Shown here: positions 10,811-20,075 of the stretch, in pieces | Position numbering within the stretch: position 1 is the first letter of the stretch | Layout of the letters: every line of letters begins with the position of its first letter | Source of the DNA: an uncultured Chloroflexia bacterium | Lineage (GTDB): Bacteria > Chloroflexota > UBA6077 > JACCZL01 | Assembly (NCBI GenBank): GCA_963765765.1 | Contig: CAVXYC010000010.1 | Span: forward strand, 32,001-96,000 | DNA: 64,000 bases | Reading direction: 5' to 3' | Program-made: the position numbers and the translations under genes | Notes under the pieces: generated by a model | The model's database searches: none | The model's input: the letters and a program-made list of their open reading frames with translations, nothing else | What the model was told of the DNA's origin: nothing

Positions 10811-11623
10811 GTGACGATTGACATGTCAAATATCAGTGAGAAATGGGTGGAGCTCAGCCACGGAAAGACCCGCTATCTGGAGTCGGGCTCGGGCGAGCCA
10901 ACCATCTTTCTGCACGGTGTTGGCTACGTCCAGGCCGCGCACACCTGGCGACCCAATCTTGGTCCCATCGGGCAGAAGACAAGAGCAATCGCCGTTGATT
11001 GCCTTGGGTGGGGGCTCGGCGATCGCCTCGATATGGAGTACTCGTTCGCCTACATCGTGGATTTCGTACGCGAGTTTCAAGATGCACTGGGCATCGAGCG
11101 CTCGAACATCGTGGGCCACTCAATGGGTGGCTGGTTAGCTTCGCTGTTTGCATATGAGAGTCCGAACCGAGTCAACAAGCTGGTGCTGGTTGGAAGTGGG
11201 GGGACACGGACCCGGACGATTCCGTCCATGACCGAGTTTCAACCGCCATCCGAGGAGCAGGTGAGGGATAGCCTCAAGAACCAATTCCATCTCTCCAATG
11301 AATGGGTCGATGCACTCCTTCCCGAGTGCTGGGCCGTGACGGACGTACCGAATGCGCTGGATGTCTACCGAAAGATCCTGAAGCACATGAACAATCAGGC
11401 GACACGCGATAAGTATGGGACCGTTCGGCGACTACCGAAAGTGACGGCGCCCACGCTGGTTGTCTGGGGCGCCAATGACGAGGTCAATGCGCTCGAGATG
11501 GGTCAGCTCACGGCCGAGCTCGTTCCGAATTCGAAGCTGGTTGTCTTGGAGAATACCGGGCACTTTGCGCCAACGCAGCGTATCGACGAGTTCAACAGCG
11601 CGGTACTAAACTTTTTGTCATAA
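10811..11623 (+). CDS. alpha/beta fold hydrolase (meta-cleavage hydrolase-like)
   Basis: FLHG, GHSMGG nucleophile elbow, WGAND acid, GHF catalytic His. Confidence 0.9.
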   Translation: MTIDMSNISEKWVELSHGKTRYLESGSGEPTIFLHGVGYVQAAHTWRPNLGPIGQKTRAIAVDCLGWGLGDRLDMEYSFAYIVDFVREFQDALGIERSNIVGHSMGGWLASLFAYESPNRVNKLVLVGSGGTRTRTIPSMTEFQPPSEEQVRDSLKNQFHLSNEWVDALLPECWAVTDVPNALDVYRKILKHMNNQATRDKYGTVRRLPKVTAPTLVVWGANDEVNALEMGQLTAELVPNSKLVVLENTGHFAPTQRIDEFNSAVLNFLS

Positions 11624-11659
11624 CTTTGCGAGGCTAGGGAAAGAATGGACGGCGCCCGC

Positions 11660-11753
11660 GGTTTGTAGTGCGGAATTTATTCCGCCGTGCACACTTGAAC
11701 GCACCGAGCAGATATCGCAAGAGGACGGCGGAATAAATTCCGCACTGTAAACC
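11660..11753. repeat. GTAG-type REP doublet (REPIN-like)
   Basis: ggtttGTAGtgcggaatttattccgccgt ... acggcggaataaattccgcactgtaaacc; each arm is itself palindromic. Confidence 0.75.
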
Positions 11754-11789
11754 GGTGGCCATGCTTCCGTCAGCATAAGAGGAGCAACC

Positions 11790-13109
11790 ATGCTCACGCG
11801 TGAAGAGAATGATCTATTAACGCGAATCGGTCCCGGTACCCCGATGGGGGACATGATGAGGCGCTACTGGCTTCCGGCCGCGCTTTCAAGCGAGATCGCT
11901 GAGCCAGACGGAACACCGAAGCGAGTTCGTTTGCTCGGCGAGAACCTGGTTGCGTTTCGAGATTCATCCGGGCCAGCCGGCGTTATGGACGAGCTCTGTC
12001 CGCATCGTGGCGCATCGTTGGTTCTCGCGCGAAACGAGAACAACGCGCTCCAGTGCCTCTATCACGGCTGGAGAATTGCCGCGGACGGTGAAATCCTGGA
12101 GACTCCGTGCGAGCCAGAAGATAGCGACTTCAAAGATCGGATTCGCCATGTAGCATTCCCGGTCCGAGAGTTTGGTGGCATGGTCTGGGTCTACATGGGC
12201 CCTCCCGGGACAGTGCCCGAGGAGCCGCGATTTGCCTGGACGGAGCTGCCTCCAGAAAACGTCTCGCTCATCAAGATGCGTATCGAGTGCAACTGGGCTC
12301 AAGGCCTGGAGGGGGTTATCGATTCCGCTCATTCAAACTTTCTGCATTCGAGTGAGATCGTTCCCTCGGCCGCCGCGTCGTCGCTCGGCGGCGCGTCTAT
12401 CTTTCGCAATTCGGACGAGACGCGGCAGCTCGATCGGCCTTCGAATGATGGACGCCCTCGTATGGAGACGCAGGACACTTCGTACGGCTTTCGCTACGCG
12501 GCGATTCGGAAACCTATGCGGGATGCCGATAAGAACAAGTACATCCGCGTGAGCTTGTTCGCAGCGCCGTTCTACGGTTTCTTCCCGACGCCTGATGGCT
12601 TTGGCGCGATGCAGGCCTTTGTGCCGGTGGATGACGAGACGACTCATTTCTACTTCGCCCAGTATTCGCTTAGCGGTCCGGTAGATAAGGAAAACTATGC
12701 CTACCGATCGGGTGCCAGAATGGGCATTGACCTGGACGAAGACTTCCGCAAGATCCGCACGGTGGAGAACAACTTCCTGCAGGATCGTGAGCTGATGAAG
12801 AGCGGCAAGAGCTTCTCCGGCATTTTTGGCGTGAACGTCCAGGACATGGCCGTTCAGGAGAGCATGGGCAAAATCTACGATCGTACGCGTGAGCACCTTG
12901 GCGTCAGCGATGTCGCGGTGATTCGCTTCCGACGCATCATGCTGGACGCGGCTCGAAAATTTGCCGAGAGTGGCCAGACCCCGCCGTCGCTACAGGGTGG
13001 CGTGCCTTACGGGCAGCTCCGAGCTCAGGAGAAGATCATCCCAATTCAGGACTCCTGGTTGCCGGTCGGCGCGTTCGCCGGCGAGCTGACCGAGGTCGGT
13101 GGTCGCTGA
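11790..13109 (+). CDS. Rieske oxygenase alpha subunit, copy 3
   Basis: CPHRG...CLYHGW; EGVIDSAHSNFLH; QDMAVQESMG. Confidence 0.92.
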   Translation: MLTREENDLLTRIGPGTPMGDMMRRYWLPAALSSEIAEPDGTPKRVRLLGENLVAFRDSSGPAGVMDELCPHRGASLVLARNENNALQCLYHGWRIAADGEILETPCEPEDSDFKDRIRHVAFPVREFGGMVWVYMGPPGTVPEEPRFAWTELPPENVSLIKMRIECNWAQGLEGVIDSAHSNFLHSSEIVPSAAASSLGGASIFRNSDETRQLDRPSNDGRPRMETQDTSYGFRYAAIRKPMRDADKNKYIRVSLFAAPFYGFFPTPDGFGAMQAFVPVDDETTHFYFAQYSLSGPVDKENYAYRSGARMGIDLDEDFRKIRTVENNFLQDRELMKSGKSFSGIFGVNVQDMAVQESMGKIYDRTREHLGVSDVAVIRFRRIMLDAARKFAESGQTPPSLQGGVPYGQLRAQEKIIPIQDSWLPVGAFAGELTEVGGR

Positions 13110-13114
13110 GCGGC

Positions 13115-13360
13115 ATGTCGAAAGCCGAGAGCGCCGCTGTTCCCTCAATCGCAGAACTACTCGACCGCACGCGCGAGCTTATCGTCGATGCGTGGGACCG
13201 AAACGAGCGGCCCGAGTATCTACTGGTGAATCCTTCGGTGTACGAGGCAGTGCTGGCAGCCAAAGCGCGCGAGTACCACTTCGGCCGTCCGATACGGCTA
13301 CTGGGCCTTCTGGTGGTGAGCTCGCCGGATGTGGCGGTCGATTCCGCGCAGGTGGCGTAG
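13115..13360 (+). CDS. small protein resembling an isolated HK97-fold A-domain (Family 4 encapsulin-like)
   Basis: Starts 5 nt after the Rieske stop; helix-PEYLLVNPSVYEAV-...GRPIRLLGLLVVSS pattern; fold assignment is inference. Confidence 0.55.
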   Translation: MSKAESAAVPSIAELLDRTRELIVDAWDRNERPEYLLVNPSVYEAVLAAKAREYHFGRPIRLLGLLVVSSPDVAVDSAQVA

Positions 13361-13389
13361 GATCGCCTCGATTTCAACTCCCTAACCGA

Positions 13390-13471
13390 CTCCCTTGCCC
13401 TTTGGGAGAGGGTTGGGGCGAGGGGCCCGAGATGGGGAAATGCATCTACCCTCTCCAAAAGGGCGAGGGAG
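13390..13471. repeat. CCCTCTCCC/GGGAGAGGG-type palindromic repeat, inverted doublet
   Basis: ctcccttgccctttgggagagggt ... accctctccaaaagggcgagggag; related copy at 56175-56209. Confidence 0.75.
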
Positions 13472-13490
13472 CCGGCTAGGAGTTTGCATC

Positions 13491-14252
13491 ATGCGTCTAC
13501 AAGGCAAAGTCATCATCGTCACCGGCGGCGGCAAAGGACTTGGACGGGTCTATTCAAAGGGCCTTGTGGCAGAGGGCGCAACAGTTGTCATTGCTGAGAT
13601 CGATGCGAAGGCCTCAGCCCGCACGGCCGACGAGATCAAGTCAGATGGCGGCAACGTGCGTTCAATCCCAACGGACGTCTCGAGCCTCGAGAGTGTTCGG
13701 GCACTGGTCGATCAAACCGTGAGCGAATTCGACCGCATCGATGTCCTGGTGAACAACGCTGCGCTCTTTGCGGACCTTCCAAGCCGTCCGTGGCAGGAGA
13801 TCACACCCGATGAATGGGACCAGGTGATGTCGGTCAATATGCGCGGCGTCTTCCTGTGCTGCCAGGCGGTCATCCCCGTGATGGCGCGCAACGGCGGCGG
13901 CAGCATTGTAAACGTGTCCTCCAGCACCATCATCAATGGCGGTCGCGGCTCCATCCACTACACCGCCTCAAAAGCGGGCGTGATGGGCATCACCCGATCG
14001 TTTGCCAGGCAAGTCGGCGACCTCGGCGTGCGGGTCAATACCCTCGCGCCCGGCGGCACCGCCAGCGACACCCTCATGGCAGCGCATGACAACGATCCCT
14101 CATTTTTCGATCGAAACGTGCCCTTGCGGAGCATCAAGCGCTGGGAGCAGCCTGAAGATTTGTTGGGCACGATCATCTTCCTCGCCTCAGACGACAGTGC
14201 CTTCCTGACAGGCCAGATGATCGTGGTGGACGGCGGCAAGGACTTCCACTAA
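13491..14252 (+). CDS. short-chain dehydrogenase/reductase
   Basis: TGGGKGLG, NNAA, YTASK; AGGAG RBS before ATG 13491. Confidence 0.93.
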   Translation: MRLQGKVIIVTGGGKGLGRVYSKGLVAEGATVVIAEIDAKASARTADEIKSDGGNVRSIPTDVSSLESVRALVDQTVSEFDRIDVLVNNAALFADLPSRPWQEITPDEWDQVMSVNMRGVFLCCQAVIPVMARNGGGSIVNVSSSTIINGGRGSIHYTASKAGVMGITRSFARQVGDLGVRVNTLAPGGTASDTLMAAHDNDPSFFDRNVPLRSIKRWEQPEDLLGTIIFLASDDSAFLTGQMIVVDGGKDFH

Positions 14253-14399
14253 GTCCCCAAGAGGCGCCCGCTTCGCCGTTGACGGGATAGTAGATAGAGC
14301 CATCCGAAATGTCACCCATCCCCTTCGGGCCTTCTACGCGCACCTTGGAAAGCGGGAGCTGCTGCGACTTTCTTCCGGCTGGGGCTACCAGATATTTAA

Positions 14400-14705
14400 A
14401 TGCATCGGAATTCGCCGCTGAACCGAGACGCCTTGCAGGTCGGCGAAGTGCGCCCGGGAATGGTTCGGATGCGGGCCGAGGGAAATAATCCGTCGGGAAC
14501 TCCCGCCGCTATTGCAAAGCTCCAAGCGACCCAGCGAAAGCGTGCTGTGGCTCGGACGGAATGGGAGCTATCTCATCCAGAGGAGCAGCACTCGGCAGAA
14601 GAGTTCGGGCGAGAGCCAATCACCAACTACCCCTCTGCGGTCGGTTCAGCGGTAAAGCCACCCTTGACGCCGCGTAGTCCTCAAGACAAGTTACAAGCAG
14701 CTTGA
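14400..14705 (+). pseudogene. probable gene remnant (unknown; possibly the tail of a solo Cas1-like protein)
   Basis: RMRAEGNNP...QRKR...EWE..H.....EEF.RE resembles such tails from memory only; no RBS. Confidence 0.25.
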
Positions 14706-14709
14706 CACC

Positions 14710-14970
14710 CTAGCTACTGCGGACACGGTCCGGACAGGTGTCCGCAACGGACTTGTGGTTCGCCAGCTTGGAACGAAGCCAGCGGAACATCCTGGTGGAA
14801 TCATCGTCCGTGTGTCCCGCAGCCCGATACTCCGCTCGGAGTCTGTCTAAGATGGGAGCCGCGGCCAATCGTAGTTCTCCGACAGCCTCGTCCGACGGAC
14901 GACGCTCAACGGTGCCAAGCGCCACCCGGAATTGCTCGATCTGTTCGTATCTGACCTGGTTGTTCATCAT
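14710..14970 (-). CDS. hypothetical small helical protein
   Basis: MMNNQVRYEQIEQFRVAL...MFRWLRSKL, protein-like composition; no family recognised. Confidence 0.5.
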   Translation of the reverse strand: MMNNQVRYEQIEQFRVALGTVERRPSDEAVGELRLAAAPILDRLRAEYRAAGHTDDDSTRMFRWLRSKLANHKSVADTCPDRVRSS

Positions 14971-15428
14971 AAACCTGCTCAGAGTCACCATCGAACAGCG
15001 CGGGCCGGCCGGCGCTGTTCGATGGTGAGCGTGGATCAATGTCGTGGTGACGAGCCGGTCGCCCTGCTACGACCACGAGAGTGGCTACCTCTTCGTCTCT
15101 TGGGCGGATCTACTCGCCGGTAGAAGTCGTTCGGTCGACTTGTCGTGCCATTATACATAGGTTCCCCGTGTAGATATACATGCTCGTGAGTGCACCGCCT
15201 TCGTTGCATGACTACTGCGGCACACCGGCGAAGCGGCTGACTCCGCGGCATGAGCGCGTGCCGATTGCGGGAGCGATCTGAGCGATAGCAGCTCGATAGC
15301 GAGCCACCGGGGCTCGACTCTTTCAATGCAGCCAGCGAGCAGGACCAGGGGACGGTGGCTCCCTTTGCGATCCGAAGCGGCGGAGAGCGCATCCGCCTGG
15401 ATAACCGACTGAGACTGGACCGGGCGTG

Positions 15429-16103
15429 TTAGTCGAACAGTCCCAATCGCGCCGCCCGAGCCACCGCTTCCAGGCGGGAATGCGCGTCGAGTTTCGCCAG
15501 CACCGCCGCGATGTGTGTCTGAATGGTGGTTCGACCCAGCACCAGCCGGTCGGCGATCCTCTGGTTATCACATCCTTCCGCCACGAGACGGAGGACCTCG
15601 ATCTCGCGGGCAGTCAGACGTTCCGCGAGCTCTTTGTCCGCATCCCGCCGCCGCCGATCACGAAGGGCCGCGGTGACGCGCGTCATGACCGCGGGAGGCA
15701 TGAGTACTTCCCCTCGTGCCGCCTGGCGCACCGCTTCCACCACCGTATGCAACCCGGATTGCTTGAGCAGCACGCCGCTCGCCCCGGCTTCGACCGCATC
15801 CAGGAGGACCTGGTCCGAATCGTCTCGGGTCAGCATCACCACCCGGATGTCCGGAAATTCTGTCGTCACGGCAAACGCCACCGCGACACCCGTCATATCT
15901 GGAAGGTGGTGCTCCATGAGAATGAGGTCCGGGCGCATCGAACCGACGACTGCGAGAGCGTCGGCGCCGGTCAGGGCGATACCCCCGAGGTCGATGTCAG
16001 AGTCGGGCCCCCACATCGTCGCGAGGAGGTCCGCCAGAACGACATCGTCGTCCACGATCATGACGCACGTGCGCTGATGACTGGTCAAATTTGGCTCTTT
16101 CAT
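15429..16103 (-). CDS. NarL/LuxR-family response regulator with atypical receiver (Asp to Glu)
   Basis: MIVDDD...PDLILMEHHLP receiver; LTAREIEVLRLVAEG...TIQTHI LuxR HTH. Confidence 0.9.
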   Translation of the reverse strand: MKEPNLTSHQRTCVMIVDDDVVLADLLATMWGPDSDIDLGGIALTGADALAVVGSMRPDLILMEHHLPDMTGVAVAFAVTTEFPDIRVVMLTRDDSDQVLLDAVEAGASGVLLKQSGLHTVVEAVRQAARGEVLMPPAVMTRVTAALRDRRRRDADKELAERLTAREIEVLRLVAEGCDNQRIADRLVLGRTTIQTHIAAVLAKLDAHSRLEAVARAARLGLFD

Positions 16104-16544
16104 TGGGGAACGAGCTGATGGGGATCAACGGAAGCGGTCGGTGGATGGGGCACCGTGTTCGAGCTGGGTCTCGGCCCGGAGGCGACCACCATGAAGCGCG
16201 GCGACCTGGCGGACACCGGTAGGAGTAGCCCAATTGCCATCGGAGATCATTCGGAACTGGGGGAGTCGCTGCGTCCGGCTCAGCGCTCGGCGGGCGTTGA
16301 CCACGCCTGAGCAGCCAATTGCGCCGCCAGAAGGGGTCTGCCACCAATGGACTCGATGTGGCTTGGGATCTATCTGCGAGAGAAATGCGGCGGCATTCTA
16401 CAGAAAGATTCACTCCTAACAACGACCCATTCTTAGATACTACACTCCGAGAGCCGTCTTGGGAACGTGTATATGGACATAACCCCGGACGTTCTAGGGT
16501 CTGATCGGTGTTCCAAGTTGCACCGGTCGCTGTCTAAGCCGGAG

Positions 16545-16680
16545 GCTCTCTCCGCGGAGCGTCACGCTGAAACGGCTACCCGGGTCCTCACCATCACTCG
16601 CCGCGCTGAGGTACCGCGGCTCGTCTCGACCACCGCCCAGCCCTCGCTCGCGGGCGAGCTCAAGCGAGGCCCGCTTCCGC
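16545..16680 (-). pseudogene. histidine kinase HATPase C-terminal remnant
   Basis: Manual translation across one shift: AVVETSRGT/LSAASDGEDPGSRFSVTL. Confidence 0.5.
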
Positions 16681-16765
16681 AGCGTGCGGATCGGGCAGCA
16701 GGCGGCCTTGACCGCTTTCGGAGCGTGGCGCGGGACGGTTCAAGCGAAGGAGCGAGTGCTAGCGC

Positions 16766-16950
16766 TCAGATGCGTCGCGTGACTTGCGAAACACGACCGC
16801 GGTTCATTCGCCAGATTCGGAAATTCAGCGCGAACGCGAAGCTCACCCAGGCAAAGTAGGGCGCAAAGAGCCAGGTAGCGACACGCCAGGCGGCCGAGCT
16901 CATCCAGTAGGCGCTTGGGCCCATCAGCGCCTAGTACGGGGCCGGGAATG
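16766..16950 (-). pseudogene. TspO/MBR family remnant with internal deletions
   Basis: Manual translation: GPV...ALMGPSAY...WLFAPYFAWVSFAFALNFRIWRMN, the TspO C-terminal signature. Confidence 0.7.
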
Positions 16951-16965
16951 AGATATCCGGGCATC

Positions 16966-17116
16966 ATTCGTTCCGATAACCCCCAATTATCGGAACGAAT
17001 CCGTGGCGAATTTCAACTGTAGGTTTTTTCGCTTGGTTCCAGATAATGGCTCATTACATGATTATCGGAACCCCCTACGTGAAAGCTTCTGTCACGTCAT
17101 ATCATCACGTCATATC
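16966..17116. promoter_or_regulatory. two palindromes sharing a GTTCC(A)GATAA half-site plus a 12-bp direct repeat (res/att-like protein-binding array)
   Basis: attcgttccgataa-N7-ttatcggaacgaat (16966-17000); ggttccagataat-N13-attatcggaacc (17035-17072); tcacgtcatatc x2 (17092, 17105). Confidence 0.55.
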
Positions 17117-17133
17117 GCGTCCTAGTTGACCAC

Positions 17134-17256
17134 TTAGCTGACTCCATCGCGGATGCCTGTGAAGTACGATTGATGGACTTGCCGCTTACCGCGGAGCGAA
17201 TTCGAGCCGGACTGGCGGAAAGATCTGGAGCTCTCGCCGGAGTGGAGCGACGGTGA
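17134..17256 (+). pseudogene. 3' end of a xanthine dehydrogenase-family molybdopterin-binding subunit
   Basis: LADSIADACEVRLMDLPLTAERIRAGL...stop resembles the AIANAIxDAxGVRxxDLPLTxERV C-terminus; no start or upstream body. Confidence 0.65.
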
Positions 17257-17272
17257 GACTCGGAGGTTCACG

Positions 17273-18211
17273 ATGAATGGTCTGATCGATTGGCACTCAC
17301 ACCACACCGCGCCAGAATACGCCGAGCATTGCATTTCACTCGGTCTCGGGTCACCCGGAGTAGATCCCGAAGATTCGACGGATTTCGTGGGTCGACGAGC
17401 GGCCATGGATGCTGCTGGCGTCGACCTTCAGCTTGTCAGTCAAACGGCCAGGGCGGGCGTCGATGCGCTCAGCGTCGAGGACGAGATGGCGCTCATCCGT
17501 ACTTCCAACGACGCCATCGCGGAGCGTATCGCCACGGCCCCTGATCGATTCATAGGCTCGGTCGCGGTGTCATTCCGAGACGTACCCGGATCAATCGCGG
17601 AGATCGACCGACTGCAGACTCGTGGCTTCCGCGCGGTCTTGATCTATCCACAGGTAGCGGGGCAGTTCCTGGCCGATCGCCCGGAATCACAGCCGCTCTT
17701 TGCCAGAATCGCCGAGCTGGGACTGCCCATCTTCATGCATGGTGGCGGCACCCGCGGCGCCTCGCCTGACATGGCGCATCTCGAAGATGAAGGCATGGGT
17801 GTGGCCGCCAGCATCTACGCCGACGCAGCCGTCACAGAATCCGTTGTCCGCCTCATCGCCGCCGGCACGTTCGACCGACATCCCAATCTCCGCATTGTCA
17901 TCCGCAGCGCTGGTGGTGGACTCCCACTGCTGCTCAAGAAGATGAGCTGGCGACACAAGGGGGAAGGCGAGTCCAAGAAGTACTCCGAGATGTTCCTGGA
18001 GCACTTCTTGATCGACTGCGCCAGCGTCAATGCACGCACGCTCGAGTTCTTCATCGATACGCTCGGCGAGCGAAGCGTTGTATTCGGCTCCGACTATTGC
18101 GGCGGGCTCGGCCCTCTGAGTCGCGCCATGCCAGTCATCAACGATCAATCCAGCCCCGAGCGCTATCGCACCATACTCAACCGGAATTCGCGCGAGCTGT
18201 TAGGCATCTAG
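17273..18211 (+). CDS. amidohydrolase family 2 protein (ACMSD/decarboxylase-like)
   Basis: IDWHSHH, PIFMH, FDRHPNL, VFGSDY. Confidence 0.88.
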   Translation: MNGLIDWHSHHTAPEYAEHCISLGLGSPGVDPEDSTDFVGRRAAMDAAGVDLQLVSQTARAGVDALSVEDEMALIRTSNDAIAERIATAPDRFIGSVAVSFRDVPGSIAEIDRLQTRGFRAVLIYPQVAGQFLADRPESQPLFARIAELGLPIFMHGGGTRGASPDMAHLEDEGMGVAASIYADAAVTESVVRLIAAGTFDRHPNLRIVIRSAGGGLPLLLKKMSWRHKGEGESKKYSEMFLEHFLIDCASVNARTLEFFIDTLGERSVVFGSDYCGGLGPLSRAMPVINDQSSPERYRTILNRNSRELLGI

Positions 18212-18240
18212 TCGCCCCAACGCGAAATCGGACCAATCCC

Positions 18241-18349
18241 CTGTAGCGCGGCGGTCTTGTGCCCCGCGCCGACGAACGCCATAGCCTCGAACACCGATAT
18301 TTGCCACGGATGTCGTCCGGGCGCGGGGCACAAGACCGCCGCGCTACAG
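18241..18349. repeat. GTAG-type REP doublet, perfect 30-bp arms
   Basis: ctGTAGcgcggcggtcttgtgccccgcgcc ... ggcgcggggcacaagaccgccgcgCTACag. Confidence 0.85.
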
Positions 18350-18460
18350 AGGACACTAGATGTCCTTCATTCCGACTGTGCTTCGGTGGGACGTAGTCTT
18401 TGACTCATCGTTGGCAAAGCATCAGAATGCAGCGGGCAGGCAGGAATCTCGGAGGATGCT

Positions 18461-19901
18461 TTGACTACGCGCGAGTGTGACGTTCTGGTGATTGGCTACG
18501 GCGGCGCTGGGGCGTCAGCCGCCATCGAGGCGCACGATGTCGGCGCGGACGTCCTGGTGGTCGAGCGCGCTGCCGAGGGCGGTGGGAACACGCGCGATTC
18601 TGGTGGCAGCCTGCGAACGATCGTGGATGAGAAGCTCGCGGCCGACCACTTTGAGGCAGTTACCTATGGTTCCACTCCCCGCGACGTCATTGACGTCTTC
18701 GTACGGGGAATCGAGCCCATGCTCCAATGGCTTGTTGCGAATGGCGCCGAGCTGAGCTCCTGGGTTGGTATTGGTGGATTTCCGAGTCGGCGTCGAGACA
18801 CCGCGTATCCCGGCATTCCAGGTAGCGAGGGTTTGGGGCATCGCATGCGCGTCAAGCCGAAGGGCGATGAGGCTGGAGGCGGCCAGGCACTCTGGGACGT
18901 ACTCGATGACGCTGTAAGATCGCGCGGGATTCCCGTGCTGCACGAGGTGCGGGCCAGACGTCTCGTGCGTGATTCGGATGCACGCATCACGGGAGCGCGA
19001 CTGGAGACAGATGGTGGCCCCATGGAGGTGGTGGCGCGACGTGGAATCGTCCTGGCCTGCGGCGGTTACAGCTATTCCCCGGAGATGCAGAAGCAGTTCA
19101 TTGGAATGGAGCTTCCCGCGTTCGGGCCGCCCGGTCGAAAACGCCGGCGACGGCGTCAAGATGGCGCAGGACATCGGAGCCGATCTCTGGCACATGAACG
19201 CCGCCGCGGCCGTGTTTGGCTACATCGTCCCCGGACGTGAGGCTGCTTACCAGCATCGGATGCCCTCTCCCGGCTACATCTACGTGGATCATCATGGCGC
19301 TCGATTCGTTGATGAGGCTGGGCTGGATAACCACGCAATGGGAAAGATGCTGCTTCAGTTCGATCCCACGCGGGGCGAGTATCCGCGCATCCCAAGCTAC
19401 ATCGTGTTTGATGAAACGACGCGCCTTTCAGGGCCGGTGTGCCACATTCGCGGTGGCTATAACCGCCGCTTCGGCTGGAGCGCGGATAACTCAGAGGAGA
19501 TCGAGCGCGGCTGGATTCAGCGCGCCGAGACGGTTGCCGAGCTAGCTGAGCAAATCGGCCTTGACGGTGCAGTTCTGACGGCCACGGTGGAGAGATACAA
19601 CGAGCATTGCCGCGAGGGTGTCGATGCGGATTTCGGTCGTTCGGATGGCCTGGAAGAGCTGAAGTCGGCTCCTTTCTACGCAATCAAGGCCGAGCCATGC
19701 CTGCTAAACACCCAGGGTGGTCCACGACGAGATGCTCGAGCGCGAGTCTTGGATGTGTTCGGCGAACCAATTTCGGGGCTGTACGCGGCCGGTGAGCTGG
19801 GCTCTATCTGGAGCACGTTGTATCCCGGCTCTGGGAACATCAGTGAGGCGCTCGTCTTCGGACGTATTGCCGGCCGGGAGGCTGCGCAGCGGACCGATTA
19901 G
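18461..19901 (+). CDS. FAD-dependent oxidoreductase (3-ketosteroid dehydrogenase/flavocytochrome c family), frameshift at ~19140
   Basis: VIGYGGAG, VLACGG, N.GDG, TQGG, GLYAAGE, FGRIAG; extra A in the cgAAAAcgcc homopolymer. Confidence 0.88.
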
Positions 19902-20075
19902 CGATCATCCTGGAGTGGCACGTTGGCACTACAATGGCCAGTGCGAATCGTCCATTTTCCGACTCAACACCTGACTTACTTTTCCTAAACGGGAGCTACG
20001 CGGAGGATTGCGGCGCACCCCGCTCTCGCTCGGATCGGCTGTTGAGCATGCTCGCATAACCGGAGGCACCTAGAC

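Noticed and set aside
13077-13109. Rieske 3 C-terminus AGELTEVGGR as an encapsulin cargo-loading peptide
   Set aside because: Only a weak match to LTVGSL-type peptides, and an A-domain-only protein lacks the binding site for such peptides
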